DNA from: Felis catus
Taxonomy: Eukaryota
Length of the DNA: 64,000 bases
Direction: 5' to 3'
Assembly (NCBI RefSeq): GCF_018350175.1
Contig: NC_058368.1
Span: 81,222,001-81,286,000, forward strand
Made by a program: the position numbers and the translations under genes. Under the pieces are notes generated by a model. That model was not told where the DNA came from. It did no database searches and saw only the letters and a program-made list of their open reading frames with translations. This document shows, piece after piece, positions 25,276-37,649 of this stretch. The number at the start of each line of letters is the position of its first letter. Position 1 is the first letter of the stretch.

Positions 25276-26210
25276 GTACACCTGGCAACCCCAACAGTAA
25301 GCCTCCAAACCCTACATCATGCTCACTGAATAGCCCACCAGTAAACACCACACACAGTAAACAGATCTGTTCGCATCAGGAGCCTGGGGGACACTGGACC
25401 AGCTCAGCTGCAGAGCCATGAGGGGCCTCCGCCCACCGGGACCTGTCCACACCCTCTTATTTCCCTGCTGAGCAGCAGCCGTCCCCCTCAGAGCCCTTCT
25501 CCCAGGGAAATGTGTGCTCACGCAGCTCTCGTCCACTGGAAATCCTCTGCCACGGTCCACAGTTCAGAACTTAGAGCGTGGTCGCGTCACCGGGTGTCAT
25601 TCCAGAGGCCACCTCTGCCTCATTTGCTCCTGTGGCAGACCCTCCAGGGCAGCTCAGCCAGGGGTTCTAAACATGCCACCTTTCGTGGGAAGGACGCGTG
25701 CAGACAAGGCACAAGGCAGCGTCCTGGTGAACGTCCGTGGACTGTTCCCTGGCTCTGCCGAGCAGAGCCGTGAAAACGGCAGCACCCTGTCTACAATAAA
25801 CTCACACATCCGTGGCACCAGGGCGGTGCACCACACACTCCTACATGCGTGACCGGTCAGAAGGCACCAGCAGAAAAGACCGTCCTGCAGTAAAGGGGGA
25901 AGGGGGGCATGGCCCTGGCGCCCTCAGGTCTGAACGTGCCCTGCTGTCCACACGCTGAGATGTACACGGAACGTTAGGAGCTTGTTGTGTTCTGTCCAAA
26001 TCACCTTTATTTCAAGTCCCCAAACCTTCTGGCTCTCTGGATCCTCCTCCTACTGGAGAATGTGTACACAGTTCTGGAAAGTTCTGCGAGGCCTCTGTAG
26101 GGTTTGGCTTGGGGAGGGGACTGTCAGTTCACCTGCCTGGTTTGGGTTCTGTGACAGCCAGGCCTGCCTCACCGTCAGTTACCTGAGGGGCTCCCCGGGG
26201 GTCCCCAGAC

Positions 26211-26373
26211 CAGCACTGTCAGGGAGAAATGCAATTGAACAGATGGGAGTTTAAATATTCTAACAGCCGCATTTGAAGCAAAAAGTAAACAGAAATAAGG
26301 AAAATTAGATTTAATCATATACTTTGCTTCATCCAGTATCTGAAAAATACATTCTTTTCAACCCATCAATCAT
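26211..26373 (+). mobile_element. MER33-like hAT MITE, 5' half
   Basis: cagcactgtc...aaatattctaacagccgcatt...aaaagtaaacagaaataagg...ttttcaacccatcaatca matches the first half of MER33. Confidence 0.65.
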
Positions 26374-26975
26374 GTTCCCTGGTATTTACCAAAATGACTT
26401 AAAAACTACATCCACGCAGAAACCTGCACAGAGATGTTTAGAGCAGCTTTACTCATCATCGCCAAAATTTGGGAGCAGCCAGGATGGATGATAGACTGTG
26501 GTCCCCCCGACAATGGGGTCTCATTTGGCACTAAAAACGCAGGGGCGGTCGAGCCCCATAAAGATGCGGAGGAACCTTGAACGCATATGGCTAAGTGAGA
26601 GAGGCCAATCTGAAAAGGCTGCACCCAGTGATTCCAGCTACACGACATTCCGGAAAAGACAAAACTGTGGAAACAGTAAAAGATCAGTGGTTGCCAGGGG
26701 GTGGGGGGATGAACAGCAGAGCAGAGAGGGCTTCCAGGGTGGTGAGGCCACGCAGTGGGACGCTGTCATGAGAGACACACGTCATTACACGTTTGTCCAA
26801 ACCCACAGAGTGCGCCACACCAGGCGTGAGCCCTGATGCACACCTGGGACTCGGGGCGATCATTTGTGACGATGTCCCACCCCGCTGGGGATGTGGACGC
26901 GGGGGGCAGGGCGAGTGGGAAATCCCTGTTTCTTTCTCTCAGTTTAGCCACACACCTTAAACAGCTCCAAAATAT
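26374..26975 (+). mobile_element. Old L1 (L1MC-like) 3' end nested in MER33
   Basis: ggtatttacc...gatgtttagagcagctttactcat...ctaagtgagagaggccaatctgaaaaggct...cattacacgtttgtccaaacccacagag...ccttaaacagctc. Confidence 0.8.
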
Positions 26976-27097
26976 AGTATATCCATTAAGATTTTTATTT
27001 TCACCGTAAGTCTTCAAAACCTGATATGTATTCTGCACTCACGGCCCTTAATTCCACGGGGTTTCAGGTCTCAGTGGCTGCCCCGGACCGGCGGCTC
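26976..27097 (+). mobile_element. MER33-like hAT MITE, 3' half
   Basis: taagtcttcaaaacctgatatgtattctgcactcacggc...agtggctgcc continues the MER33 consensus. Confidence 0.55.
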
Positions 27098-28429
27098 GCG
27101 CCTTCAGTGTTCTGAGGCCGGGCACCCAGGCAGCTACCTGCTAGGTGGAGCCCCGGGCAGGGGGACACAAGGAGAAGAACCACGGTTTGAGGCTCAGGAA
27201 GCTGTGCCTCCATCAGTATAGCAGACTCCTGCGCGTGACGTGTCTTCCTTGTGCCATGTTCATCCGGCCTGTAAATCGCAGCGTGTGATGGATGGGCCTT
27301 AACGGGTTTCACCTCGTGGTCAGGCACACGCAGGTGTGTGCAAGCACCTTTTCCCAATTTTACCTTTTCTTCCTCGAACTCACCAGCAGGGAAGCCGCTT
27401 GAGTTTGGGTGCTCACAGCCACAGCACTTAGCAGGTGTTTCCTCTGCTTTATTTCACAGACTCGCGGCTGGGGCACTGGTGCCGCGCAGACAGACGTTCA
27501 GTGGGTGTTCGCCAAATTCCGTGGGTAACTATTCTTTTAGGAAAGGCCTGTGTTTTAGGGAAAGTATATAAATAGGTATCAGAAATTTTCTTACTTTGCC
27601 ATATAATAAAGGTTGCAAAATAGATCTTTAGAAAAAAAGACAAATTTTAAAGCCTCGATTATTTTATGCGAGAACAGACTGCTCTGCATCGAAAACCCTT
27701 TTGTCGGGCATTTTCACTATCCACTAAACTGCTCAGTTGAAAATTAATCCTGTTACTAAAGAGTAAATCTAGTACCAAAATAGTCAGTTGGGGGGTGACA
27801 GGAAGGTGGGAAGGCTCACATCCCCAAAAGCCTGTCCTCCCTGGGCAGCTCAGTGGCCCTCGGGACGCTAACACAGAAGGCAGAGCTACCTGGGTCCCAG
27901 ACGGCGCGCAGGCCCACGCGAGTCCTTCCCACCAGCCACAGGCCGGCCGTGGCCACAGTCTCTGGACCCGCAGTGGGATGCGTAACACAGGGGACTGCGC
28001 AGGCCCCGGTCACCACGCTCCTCCTCCTCCTCCTCCATCAAATGGGTGAAGAGCTGCCTTTCCGCACAGAGTTCCGGAGGCTTCCGAGGACATGCACGGG
28101 CACGAGCGCAGCACCTGGACACGGCAAACGCTCAGTAAACACTCTGGACCGCAGCCCGTGTCCCGCACTCTCCAGATCTCCCACGCAGGCCGAACAGGCC
28201 AGAGCAGGCCTGCAACAGTATTTACAGCGTGCACGAAAGAGCGGGTCGATTTCCAGGGGGCGGACAGAATAAATGAATGTGAAATGGGGCACCGGGGGAA
28301 AGTGCGGGAAGAAAATGGGAGCCTGAGAATGAGGAGGAACACACAGCCAAGCAGAGCAAGAGGGCCTCGGCTCCGTGGAGGCCAAGGGAGCGAAATGCCT
28401 GCTGGCGAACAGGTGGGCACTCCGCCAAG

Positions 28430-28770
28430 CTGTGTAATACAGAAGTGATTAATTGAGGCAGCCGGGAGAGGATTAGAACAGAGAGCTTTTGATATTGTGC
28501 AGTTGGGAGGGAAGGCCACAAGGAATTTTAAAGCATACGGAAAAAAAAATAAAAAGGGAGGAAAAAGAGCTGAAAAAAAATTAGAGACTGGAGAACTGAT
28601 TTTTTTTTTTAATGGGTTTGCTCTTTAATCCAGTGAAACAGGCAGTGCTCTCAGCTAATAACATGAATTTCTCCTTTGGTTAGTTGTCCTCGGGAAACAA
28701 ATCCTTGTTCAGAAATCTAGACATCCCAGAGCCCGATAATGTGAAATGAAACTCAGGAAATACATCATGA
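28430..28770. promoter_or_regulatory. Candidate enhancer block
   Basis: tgattaattg, ggattag, tttaatcc and attgtg motifs in non-repeat sequence. Confidence 0.35.
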
Positions 28771-29749
28771 AGTGATCGTGCTATGTGAGCTCTTGAAGAC
28801 ACTTTCAGATCCCTCCACGCGCACGTCCGTTGTGAAAATGTGGATTCTTGCACATCACATGTGAGAATCTGGGAGTGAGACGGGTAGACGCCTGACGTCC
28901 TCTGCCTGGTTGAGACCGCAATGTATAACAGTCGAGAAGGAGAGCCTGAAAGATTGAAGACAAGAGGGCCGTGTGTAACGACCTTTGTCAGCCCCCCTGC
29001 AAAAGTAGAGTGGGATCACCTAGAATTCGTGGCACGTTTTCTTCCTGAGAGCCTGAACTGCATACTGTCTCTAACTTACCATCCCTGAGGTGACCACGCA
29101 GGGCATGTGGCACAAGGACACCCTTTGTCTGTAGGAATCGTGGAAGTTTGGTGGGGGGGGGGGGGGACGGGGGGCAGGGCAGATAGACACGAGTTGTCAA
29201 GCCCATTCCAGAACTGGAGGTTCTGGGGACCTGATGGGGTCCCCAGACCCTGAAGTGACACCTACACTCACTTCCTGACCTCCAGCCAGCGCTCCGTCCG
29301 CTGAACTTTGGACAGACCCAAGGAAGCAAAACACTTGAAAGTTGCCTCTTGTGGCCCTGGCCGTCTGTGGTGACCCAGCACTTAGAAAACAAGTTGTACA
29401 GCTGCCTGCCCTTCCCTGCCTGTGCACCTGCAAGCCGTCCCGTCTGGGCAGCCCCGTGGGACCGCATGCAGAGCGAGCCCCTTACCACGTGGTACCTAGT
29501 ACTGCACTATCGAACGGAAAGGAATTCACACAAAGGCTCCCGCGAACCATGGAGTCTCTGCGTCACCGCTCACTCCACAATTTAGTATTGAGCCGCTCAA
29601 GGTCTGAGAATCTGTGCACAAAGTTGAACGCTCCTGTAGACATGGTGGGTGTTTATTAGAGTGTCTGTAACTATGTTCCTATCTTTCACTACTGCTTTTC
29701 ACGGATGCCGTATTTAAAGATTTCCAAGTATCTGGGGCCATCAGAGATC

Positions 29750-29840
29750 CGAGACCTAACCCCAGTTTGTCTGCTAGCCAGTCTTGAGCCAGTCACGTTC
29801 CTGCAGATCTCAACTTCTCCCTCTGTAAAATGGGAATGTT
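29750..29840 (+). mobile_element. MIR relic
   Basis: cttgagccagtcac...ctcaacttctccctctgtaaaatgggaat core. Confidence 0.55.
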
Positions 29841-30254
29841 AGACCAGCTGACTTCCGTGAATCCTTCCACGTCTGTTCTGTGAGCCTCTACGACTCACGC
29901 CTCCTCCAGCTACAGTCACTTCTGCCACGCACACACTGTCACTCTCGCACGGGTACAAGGGTGCGTGCCCCACTGTGACGTCCCAGACGGAGTCTGATCC
30001 TTCCTGTACCTCGAGTGTCTGCAGCAGTGGCCACAACGAAGTGGCCCACGTGGACACTGGGCCGCCAGGGAAGGCGGGCGGGTGCTCAGAAGCCCGTGGG
30101 GCCCACGGACCTAGGTTCTGCTTTTGTCTTTGACAACCAAAGAGGCCTGGATGCTTGCACAGCTAAGAGATGTGCCCCCTACATGAACCCAATTTTCAGG
30201 AAATCCTAAAGGTTTCCCTTCTACCACTCTGTTCCCATAATTTCAAAGGGCAAC

Positions 30255-30350
30255 TCTCCCATTGTGCCCATTTCTAAAGATGAGGAAACGGAGGCTCAGA
30301 GGCTGGACACAAGGCCCATCATAGCTGGACTGGAATCTGGGATTCCAGCT
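30255..30350 (-). mobile_element. MIR relic
   Basis: cccatttctaaagatgaggaaacggaggctcagag core. Confidence 0.65.
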
Positions 30351-30825
30351 TGGATTGTATTCCATTGTCTACTTTTGCATCAACAAATGTTACGAGTTTT
30401 TCATTTTTTCCTGAGTTTCTTGGACTGCTTCACCAACCTCTCAGGTCTGTGATCTTTGTAGATGTAGAACTCTCCAGAATCTGTCAAAATGTTGGCTTTG
30501 GAGCTATTCAAAGAATCCTGATTTTAGAGTCTATGCACTGATGTCTATTCCTGTTTCTGTCATGGGAAATGCATACATTTCAAAGACGTTTTCACAAATG
30601 TCCACTATAAAATCTAAACCACAAAAGCACAGCAACAGAGTCACTGTGTCAGATGTTATTGAAATTCATTGTTTCTTGGTGCTGCAGAGAGAAGTACTTC
30701 TGGAATATGAATGTGACACGAACAGTCATCCCAAGCCAGGGACACCCACTCGGCCACACTGGCAGGAGGTGGGGACACGGGGCAGGCAAAGGGCATGCAG
30801 ACCCTTAAAACGCTGAAGAACATGC

Positions 30826-31375
30826 TGTCACCAAAAAGACCAGAGATAACACGTGTTGGCGAAGACGTGGAGAAAAGGGAGCCCTCGTGCATTATTGGGA
30901 ATAGAAACTGGTGTGGCCACTCGCGAAAACAGTACGGAATCCCTCAAAAATTAAAGACAGAAGTGCTGTACAACACAGTAGTCCCACTTCTGGGTATTTA
31001 TCTGAAAGAAATGAAAACAGGATCTCAAAGAGGTATCTGCACCCCCAGGTTGATAGCAGCGTTACTCACAATGTCCGGGACATGGAGACGGGCTCAGTGC
31101 CCACCGACAGGCAAATGGATGAAGAAGGTGTGGTGTGTACATACATGGAATATTAATCAGCAGGAAGTTCCGCCATTTGCAATAACACGGATGGACCCTG
31201 GGGACGTTATCCTAAATGAGATCAATCAGACAGAGAAAGACAAATATTATATAATTTCTTATTTGTGGCATCTAAAAAAACTGAACTCATAGAAACAGAG
31301 GATAGATTGCCAGAAGGGAGGGGGAGTGAAATGGTGAGGGTGGTCGAAAAGTACAAACTTTCAGTAACGAGATAA
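30826..31375 (+). mobile_element. Old L1 (L1MA/MB-like) ORF2 C-terminus + 3' UTR
   Basis: ORF 30795..31292 contains [33 protein letters not shown] and NEINQTEKDKY, a decayed ORF2 C-terminus. Confidence 0.9.
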
Positions 31376-33486
31376 AATTTTTTAGAAATGTGTGTCGGGA
31401 AAAAATACTGACAAAACAGCTGGATGTATGAGCTGTTGGTATTTTTCAGCCTAAAGTAAGGCACGTTCGTTTACAGAATTGGAACGAAACAGTAAAGTAT
31501 GGGGCCAGACCACCCAAAAGGAGTAACTGAAGATTGCCCACCACGCACAGGCAGGGCTGGGGGCTGCACATTTCCCGCTAAGCATGCCTTCGTGGTCTTG
31601 CAAAGCCCCCGACCTCTGAGCGCCTCGGCATGCTGGTTTGGAAAACGCGAAGTGTGGGGGATTCTGCGCCTGAGGCCCGCACGAGCCTGCGGGAGGAGGA
31701 GCCGGCCGTGGGTTCCCACTGTCCGTCACTGCTCTGGGTTCACGTTCACCGTGGTGCACACGCATGACTGCGTGCCGGCCATGCCTCTCTTCCCGCGACC
31801 ACAGCGGTCGTTCTGCGCAGGAAAACAGCAACTTCCATGGCAAAACACGAATCCCTCATTTGATATAATTCCAGATATGCTCCTTGTAAGTGGCACATGG
31901 TCAGGTGTCCAGCTGCAGCTCATCCCTCGAATGGGGACGGCCCACGTGGGGTGAGCGTGTGCAGACACAGCGTGAGGACGCTCTCTGAGGCAGGTGTCCA
32001 GAATCCCAGCACAGCACCTTCCGGGCAAGACGTCCACTGCCTTTCCCCGTCACAGCAAAAATGCTAAATTGTTTTTCCTGTTGGCATGAGTGTCTGAAGA
32101 TGTGTCACCAGAAGAAGACCAATATTCAAAACGTGCTCCCTCCTCAGATTGGCCCAGGAAGTCGGAGTTTACAGTGTGTAACCTGCAGGCCCGTTTTCCC
32201 ACGTGTGCAGTGGGGACGGTTACTGGAGAAATAGGTAGCAGCTGCACGCAAAAGGTTACGCCGAACCACCCAGCCCACCGACTGGCGGGATGCACAGCTT
32301 CACCGTGGCTGCAGAATCCCACCCCAGCCCCCCTCGCGGGGACCAGCAGGCCACCGTCAAGTGCGCGGGACGTACAGCCACTGCTACCCACAGGGAGACT
32401 GGCGTCCTCTACGTGGAACATTCCGGAAGTTGTAGAAAGGCTAAGGTGCCCCTTCTACCTGAGAGTGTGGGCAGCAGGGTGCATCCCCAGCCTGTGCTGC
32501 CTGAGCGAACCTTCCGGAAAGCCCTGCAGATCTACATCGGGGGTGAGGGATGAAGAGGCGGAATCAGGGCGCCCCCCGCCCCGGGCGGCACCTGAGCTGA
32601 CCCAGTGTGCCCCCCCCCCACGGCTGGGGGAATGGTTGCATCCAGCGTGGCCTCGCTGCCCATATGCCATTCAGCTCCTGTCTGCCTTTTTGTTTACACT
32701 GGGGACACAATGGGAGCTACAGTCCTTCCAATACATCATTTATAAGTGTATTCTACCTCTGAATGTACAGACAGAGCTTGCTGTGGGTGAATAAGCCCCT
32801 GTGAATATTGCCAAGACACTGTGCTTTGTTCAGCACTATTCTTCACAATAGATACCACACTTTGGAAGTAATTTTAAAAAGGGAATCAAAATAGTGGTAC
32901 TTTTAGCCTTTGTTTCTTTTATACCACAGTGCATTCTCTGTCTCTCATTCAGCCGCTCCCATTATACTGACAAATTAAATAAACCACTCCATTGCAGAAA
33001 GGCTCGGCCAGGCAGGGGCTTCATCCATCCACTGCGGCCCCGGGAAGTGGAAAGAAACACTGAGGCGGTTTCTGCTACCAATTGCAGCTAACTTCAGTCG
33101 AGGAGCCAAAAAAAAAAAAAAAATGGGGGGTAGGATTCAGAACTTGAGGGGGCTGGCAGCACCCAAGAGCTGGCCTCCGCGGCAGGTAATGTCCACGGCG
33201 GAGAGGGCCGCGGCTTCTAGAAGCGCTGAGAGTCCCTTCCTGCTGCGTGGGCCTGGGAACAGGAGCAGGTGAGTCACAGGAGGCGCCTGGGTGGCCGGAG
33301 CCCGCTGGCGAGGGGCAGGCCAGGGGCACCGCGGGGCCGAGTGCTCGCTGCTCCAGGAGGCCCAGAAGGTTCCCCCTCGCAAGCATCTCGGCTTTTCTCT
33401 CCTTTTCGCAAAGCGGAATTGATTCAGACGTTCGCTGACTGCTTCCTGCAGGGCGAGTGAATGGCTCCGGCACAGAAGGAGAAGCG

Positions 33487-33560
33487 CTCTCTCCGTCTTT
33501 CTCTCTCTCCCTCTCTCTGTCTCTCCCTGTGTCTGTGTCTCTGTCTCTCCTTCTCTCCCT
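33487..33560. repeat. (TC)n/(TCTCTG)n pyrimidine tract
   Basis: Directly visible. Confidence 0.85.
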
Positions 33561-34539
33561 TAAGCTCCGCCGTGACTTTTAGAAGCTTCTGGTCTGTGCA
33601 GTCACAGATGTTTGAAATGCAGGCAAAGGAAGAGTGGGACATAGGACTTCTGAGGGAGGAACCGTGTCTGGTCTCTCCTGGTCCGAAGCTTCCTGGAGAC
33701 ATGAACGCCAACTTTGGAACATAATCCTCTAACTTTTGGCCTGAAACCGTTTTTATTTTTTCAGGGGAACAAAAGAACAAACCCATTACTTTTCACTTGG
33801 GGAGAAAGCTCTTTTAAATTGCTAACTGGTGATTTTTGAAAAAAGACCAGTGTCCTTTGAACCAGGATGCACACCGGCATTGCGGCTTCCGATCCTTCCC
33901 GAGGCTCTGTCTCTAAAAGTCGCTCCGGTTTGATCCGGCCGAGTGGGCGCTGCTGTTGTCAAAGTGTCCTTCGGCGTCTGTGCGGGGACCCCACGGTCCC
34001 CACACCCCTTCTGCTGCCACCCACTCAACAAAATGAGCGGGATCGGTGGGAAAGAGAGAGAGCGCTTGCTGTCAGAGGCGCTGATTTCCTTATGAAAACA
34101 GAGCGCCAGTAAATGCCAGTTCCAGGCGGCAGCTTTGAAGGCGCCAGCCCCCAGCCAGGATGACCTCATTGAAAATGCGCGCCGTCTCAGGCACGGAGTG
34201 GGGGACTCTGTGCTCCCACAGAGGCGTCCCCTGGCTTCGAAGTCAGAGGCCACTGCAGGCAAAGAGAAATATTGAGCCAAAAGAGTTTGAACAGAGCCAT
34301 CGGGGTTCATCTTTTATTACCAAAGAAAGACTTGAAAAAGCCCAGGTGAAATTTCCTTCCATTGTCTAGGAAAATTCTCTGTAATTTGCCCCCAGGGAAA
34401 TCCAAGCGCCTGGCGGCCGGGGGCGGGGGGTGGGGGGGCCACCTCCTCTGTCCTTCTCTCTTCCTTTCTCGGGGTAAATGTCTCCGGGGTCCCTGGAGAA
34501 CGGAGTGGGTGAGCGGGGGCTGAAGGTCAGGGTTGCCCA

Positions 34540-34900
34540 CTGTGGCCTGACTTTTAAGCTAAAGAGGTTTTTCTTTCTCTTGTTGCCATGCCAGGTCTAA
34601 TTTGGTGGCATTATGCTAACGGGGAAGGCCCGCTCCTGACAGGAGGGGTTCAATGAGATTACAAGCTTTGCAGTCTGTCGGCAGCTCCCGCTGCCCGGAC
34701 CTTAAATGGGGATTTAATGGCCAGCTTTATCTGTAGCGTATCAGTGGAAATCTGCTGTTTTCAGCAACTTAATTGGCACTGTGTTTGCAGGAGTTTTTCG
34801 GGGAGGTGGGAGAGCTGACCAGATTTTAATGCTGAATTATTTAGAGATCACACTACCAGAATGTCAGTGGAAATCTGTGGTGCGTTTTGTTTTTCTGAAG
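34540..34900. promoter_or_regulatory. Candidate conserved non-coding enhancer block
   Basis: gttgccatg (RFX-like half site), ctaatttg, caatgagatta, tttaatggc, cttaattggc, ttttaatgctgaattatt. Confidence 0.5.
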
Positions 34901-35699
34901 CGCGGAGAGCTTCTGAACGGGCAAGATGCCGGATTCTGCTGTGACGCCCGAAACTTTCTAAAAATATTCAGAGGGTCTGACGTAGTTTATTTATAGATGG
35001 GATGCACAAGAGTAACAGTTGCTCTCGCAACATATGTGCGGTGTCTGACTTGCGGGGCGGTGAGAACGTGCGACAGACGGGCAGGGAGCTCTGCCCAAGC
35101 CGAGTGCGTGTCGGTCTTTCCAGAATTTTAGCAGATGGGATCCGTGTGTCCCTGGGGTGCGTTACAGGTGACTGAGGCAGTGCAGACCCACATCGGGGCA
35201 AGGGACCCGTGTGGGCGCGTGTGCACGTGCACGTGTGTGCAGGACGGAGCACAGGCTGTGTCCAGCGTGCTGGCTGGTCTGTGTGTCAGGCGCGTACGGA
35301 AAGGCTGGACTGTATGAAACCACAGACACCCCATCCTGTCTGCCCTACAGACCCGTCAGTTACCCACGGTTCCATCCGGTGTGTTCAGAAGGACGAGCCT
35401 GAAGAGTCGGGTTTTGCAAACACCCACCCACAGAGGGAGGGGGGCGCGGTGTCCTCTCAGGGTTTCCTGCAGCAGAGAGGGGACAAGCGGCCTGCGCCTG
35501 CATGGTGGTGGCACTTGAGGCGGCGGGTATGGGGAGCCCGGGAAGGGGGACACGTGGGATTGCCGGAGAAAAGGAGGCAGAAGGAAGGAAGAAAACGGAG
35601 AAAATGTTTTCCCGGCAGACACACCAGCATTGTCTGTTCCCAGTTAGGGTCAGTCCGGAAAGTTCAGGATTAGTAAATTTAATATCCTGTCAAAATTCT

Positions 35700-36140
35700 C
35701 ATGATAATGAATCCCGGCCGGTGGCTGGCACCGCGCTTCGCCACTGCGGCTGGCGGAGATAGCGCAGCTCATTTATGAGCGGGAGGTGCGGCGGCGCCGG
35801 GCCCGCTGTCCCCGCTGCGCTGCGGGGGCCACACGGCCGGGGCCCCTCCGAGCTGCTCCGCCGCGAGCCCCGGCTTCCCCGGGACAGTCGGGAACCGCCT
35901 GGTAGGAAAACCTACGCCCGACATGGTCTCTCCCGCCTGTTGTGGCGCCGCGCCAGCCGTGTCTTTAATCCAAAAGCAAGGGAGGAGGACGGACACCGAG
36001 ACCCCGGAGCCGGGAGAGAGGAGAGCTGGCTGAGGACGGGCGGCTGCCGGGAGAGTCGATCGGCTCCTGGTAGCACGGCCTGGGCAGGTTTTAGGCTGCG
36101 GGGGTGAGGCAAGATGTCGTGTCCCCCAGCGAGGAGCGTG
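35700..36140. promoter_or_regulatory. Small CpG island
   Basis: Very GC-rich with dense CpG (gcggcggcgccgggcccgc, ccgccgcgagccccggc), non-repeat; no associated gene seen. Confidence 0.7.
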
Positions 36141-36159
36141 GAAACGAGAAAGTTCCTGT

Positions 36160-36620
36160 GCAATTTGTTCAAGGCTCTGCACCTCTGTAAGCAGCTGTCA
36201 GGTCCGTACATTATGGTACATTGAATCTGAATGAGGCTCTCAACATCAAAACCGTGCATCCATTATGATATCATCTCCCGCTCTGAGCCGTAATGCTTAT
36301 TAATTCTGCACCCATACTCTCCCGGCTTCAGCAAATGTATTCCATCAGCCTAGCATTTAATTTAATTAGTACAGCTGGGCTCTCATTCTCCTCTCTGTGT
36401 CAGAGGTATTGTCAGCACGTTCTGCTATAACACAATTACTGATTGCTTTTAGATAGGCAGAAATATGATTAGGGTATTGGGTGGCTGTATCATAAGCCTT
36501 ATTAGATTCATTTGAAATCTGGAGATAAATAGGAAACTTTTATTTGCAGTGTAATGAGATTATGCTTATTAGGCCGAGACCTCACAGCCTTTTGCAAAGA
36601 ACAGTGTATCAGTAGGATTA
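36160..36620. promoter_or_regulatory. Candidate homeodomain-dense enhancer beside the CpG island
   Basis: Two TAATnnnATTA (36358-36368, 36552-36562), one TAATn4ATTA (36291-36302), CTGTCA and TTGTCA sites. Confidence 0.6.
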
Positions 36621-37649
36621 TACTCTGGGAGCACACTCTTTGCTCCCAGGATCCGAGCCGAGCCGTTTCTGAGCGCCTCCAAGAATTCGCTGTTGTCACA
36701 CTGTATACGTTTTAGGATTATGGCCAGCTTGGCATCGTCTCCATGATGAAGGGCACAGATATCCCTTTTCCTTCTCAAAGTCTGATGGAATACACATACC
36801 TCTCCAGATGGGATTTTATTTTATGAGAAGTGTTTTGAAAAATCAGTGCACAGGCTAAAAGAAATTATACTTTTAAACGTATTTATTTGCTTTTAAAGAT
36901 GTTTGCATTTATTAGATGTCGCTTACAGAGATTGGCATATAATGAACGTCGTAAAAATCCCTAGTGCTCAATCTCTAAAACATTTATCACTGCTGTTATT
37001 GTTTTGATAACAGCTTAGTACAATTCCAGAAACGTTTATTTTTTTCTTTGGTACTTATTTGATAATCTCAAATTTCTAATATCCGCAGGAACTTTCTCCT
37101 ACCCGGAACAAATCACTTCTGAGTGGGGTGGAATGATCACGAAAGGGTTCATATGATTTCAGGAAATCTGTTGAAAAAGAAAGAATTCAAGATGGCAATA
37201 TATTCAACTGCGCTAAAATTTGTCAAATGCTCTTACTGGCTGTAAGATAAAGTACTTTTGCGAACCCAAGGAAAATGATGACTATTTTTCCTGGGTATAC
37301 AAGTTTGGGAACGGTATATGTGAATTTTGCCTTAGGAAAATACAAGATGTAAAATCAAAATTGGCAACTTCACGCAGTGTTTTCAAACTGAGTTATCTCC
37401 TGTACCCCTCCCAGCACCCGCCCACTCCCTTTCCACCAGATAATTCATAACATTACTTGATTTAAATAAACCCAGGTAGGCAGTTTTCATGAATTCGTTT
37501 ATTGCATGAGACGTGCACATACGATGAAGGTTCTTTGGTGTTAATTTCCACAGAACAAGAAGCATTTATTGCTTAGTTAAGGACGTGGCCAGATCAAGAT
37601 ACGTGAGGAGGAAAACGTGGGAGTCTCACGGAATGAAAGCTAAAGAGAG

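Noticed and set aside
32090..32794. Longest ORF (234 aa, +)
   Set aside because: Non-ATG start, Pro/Ser/Ala/Arg-rich composition, no recognisable domain; expected by chance in GC-rich DNA.
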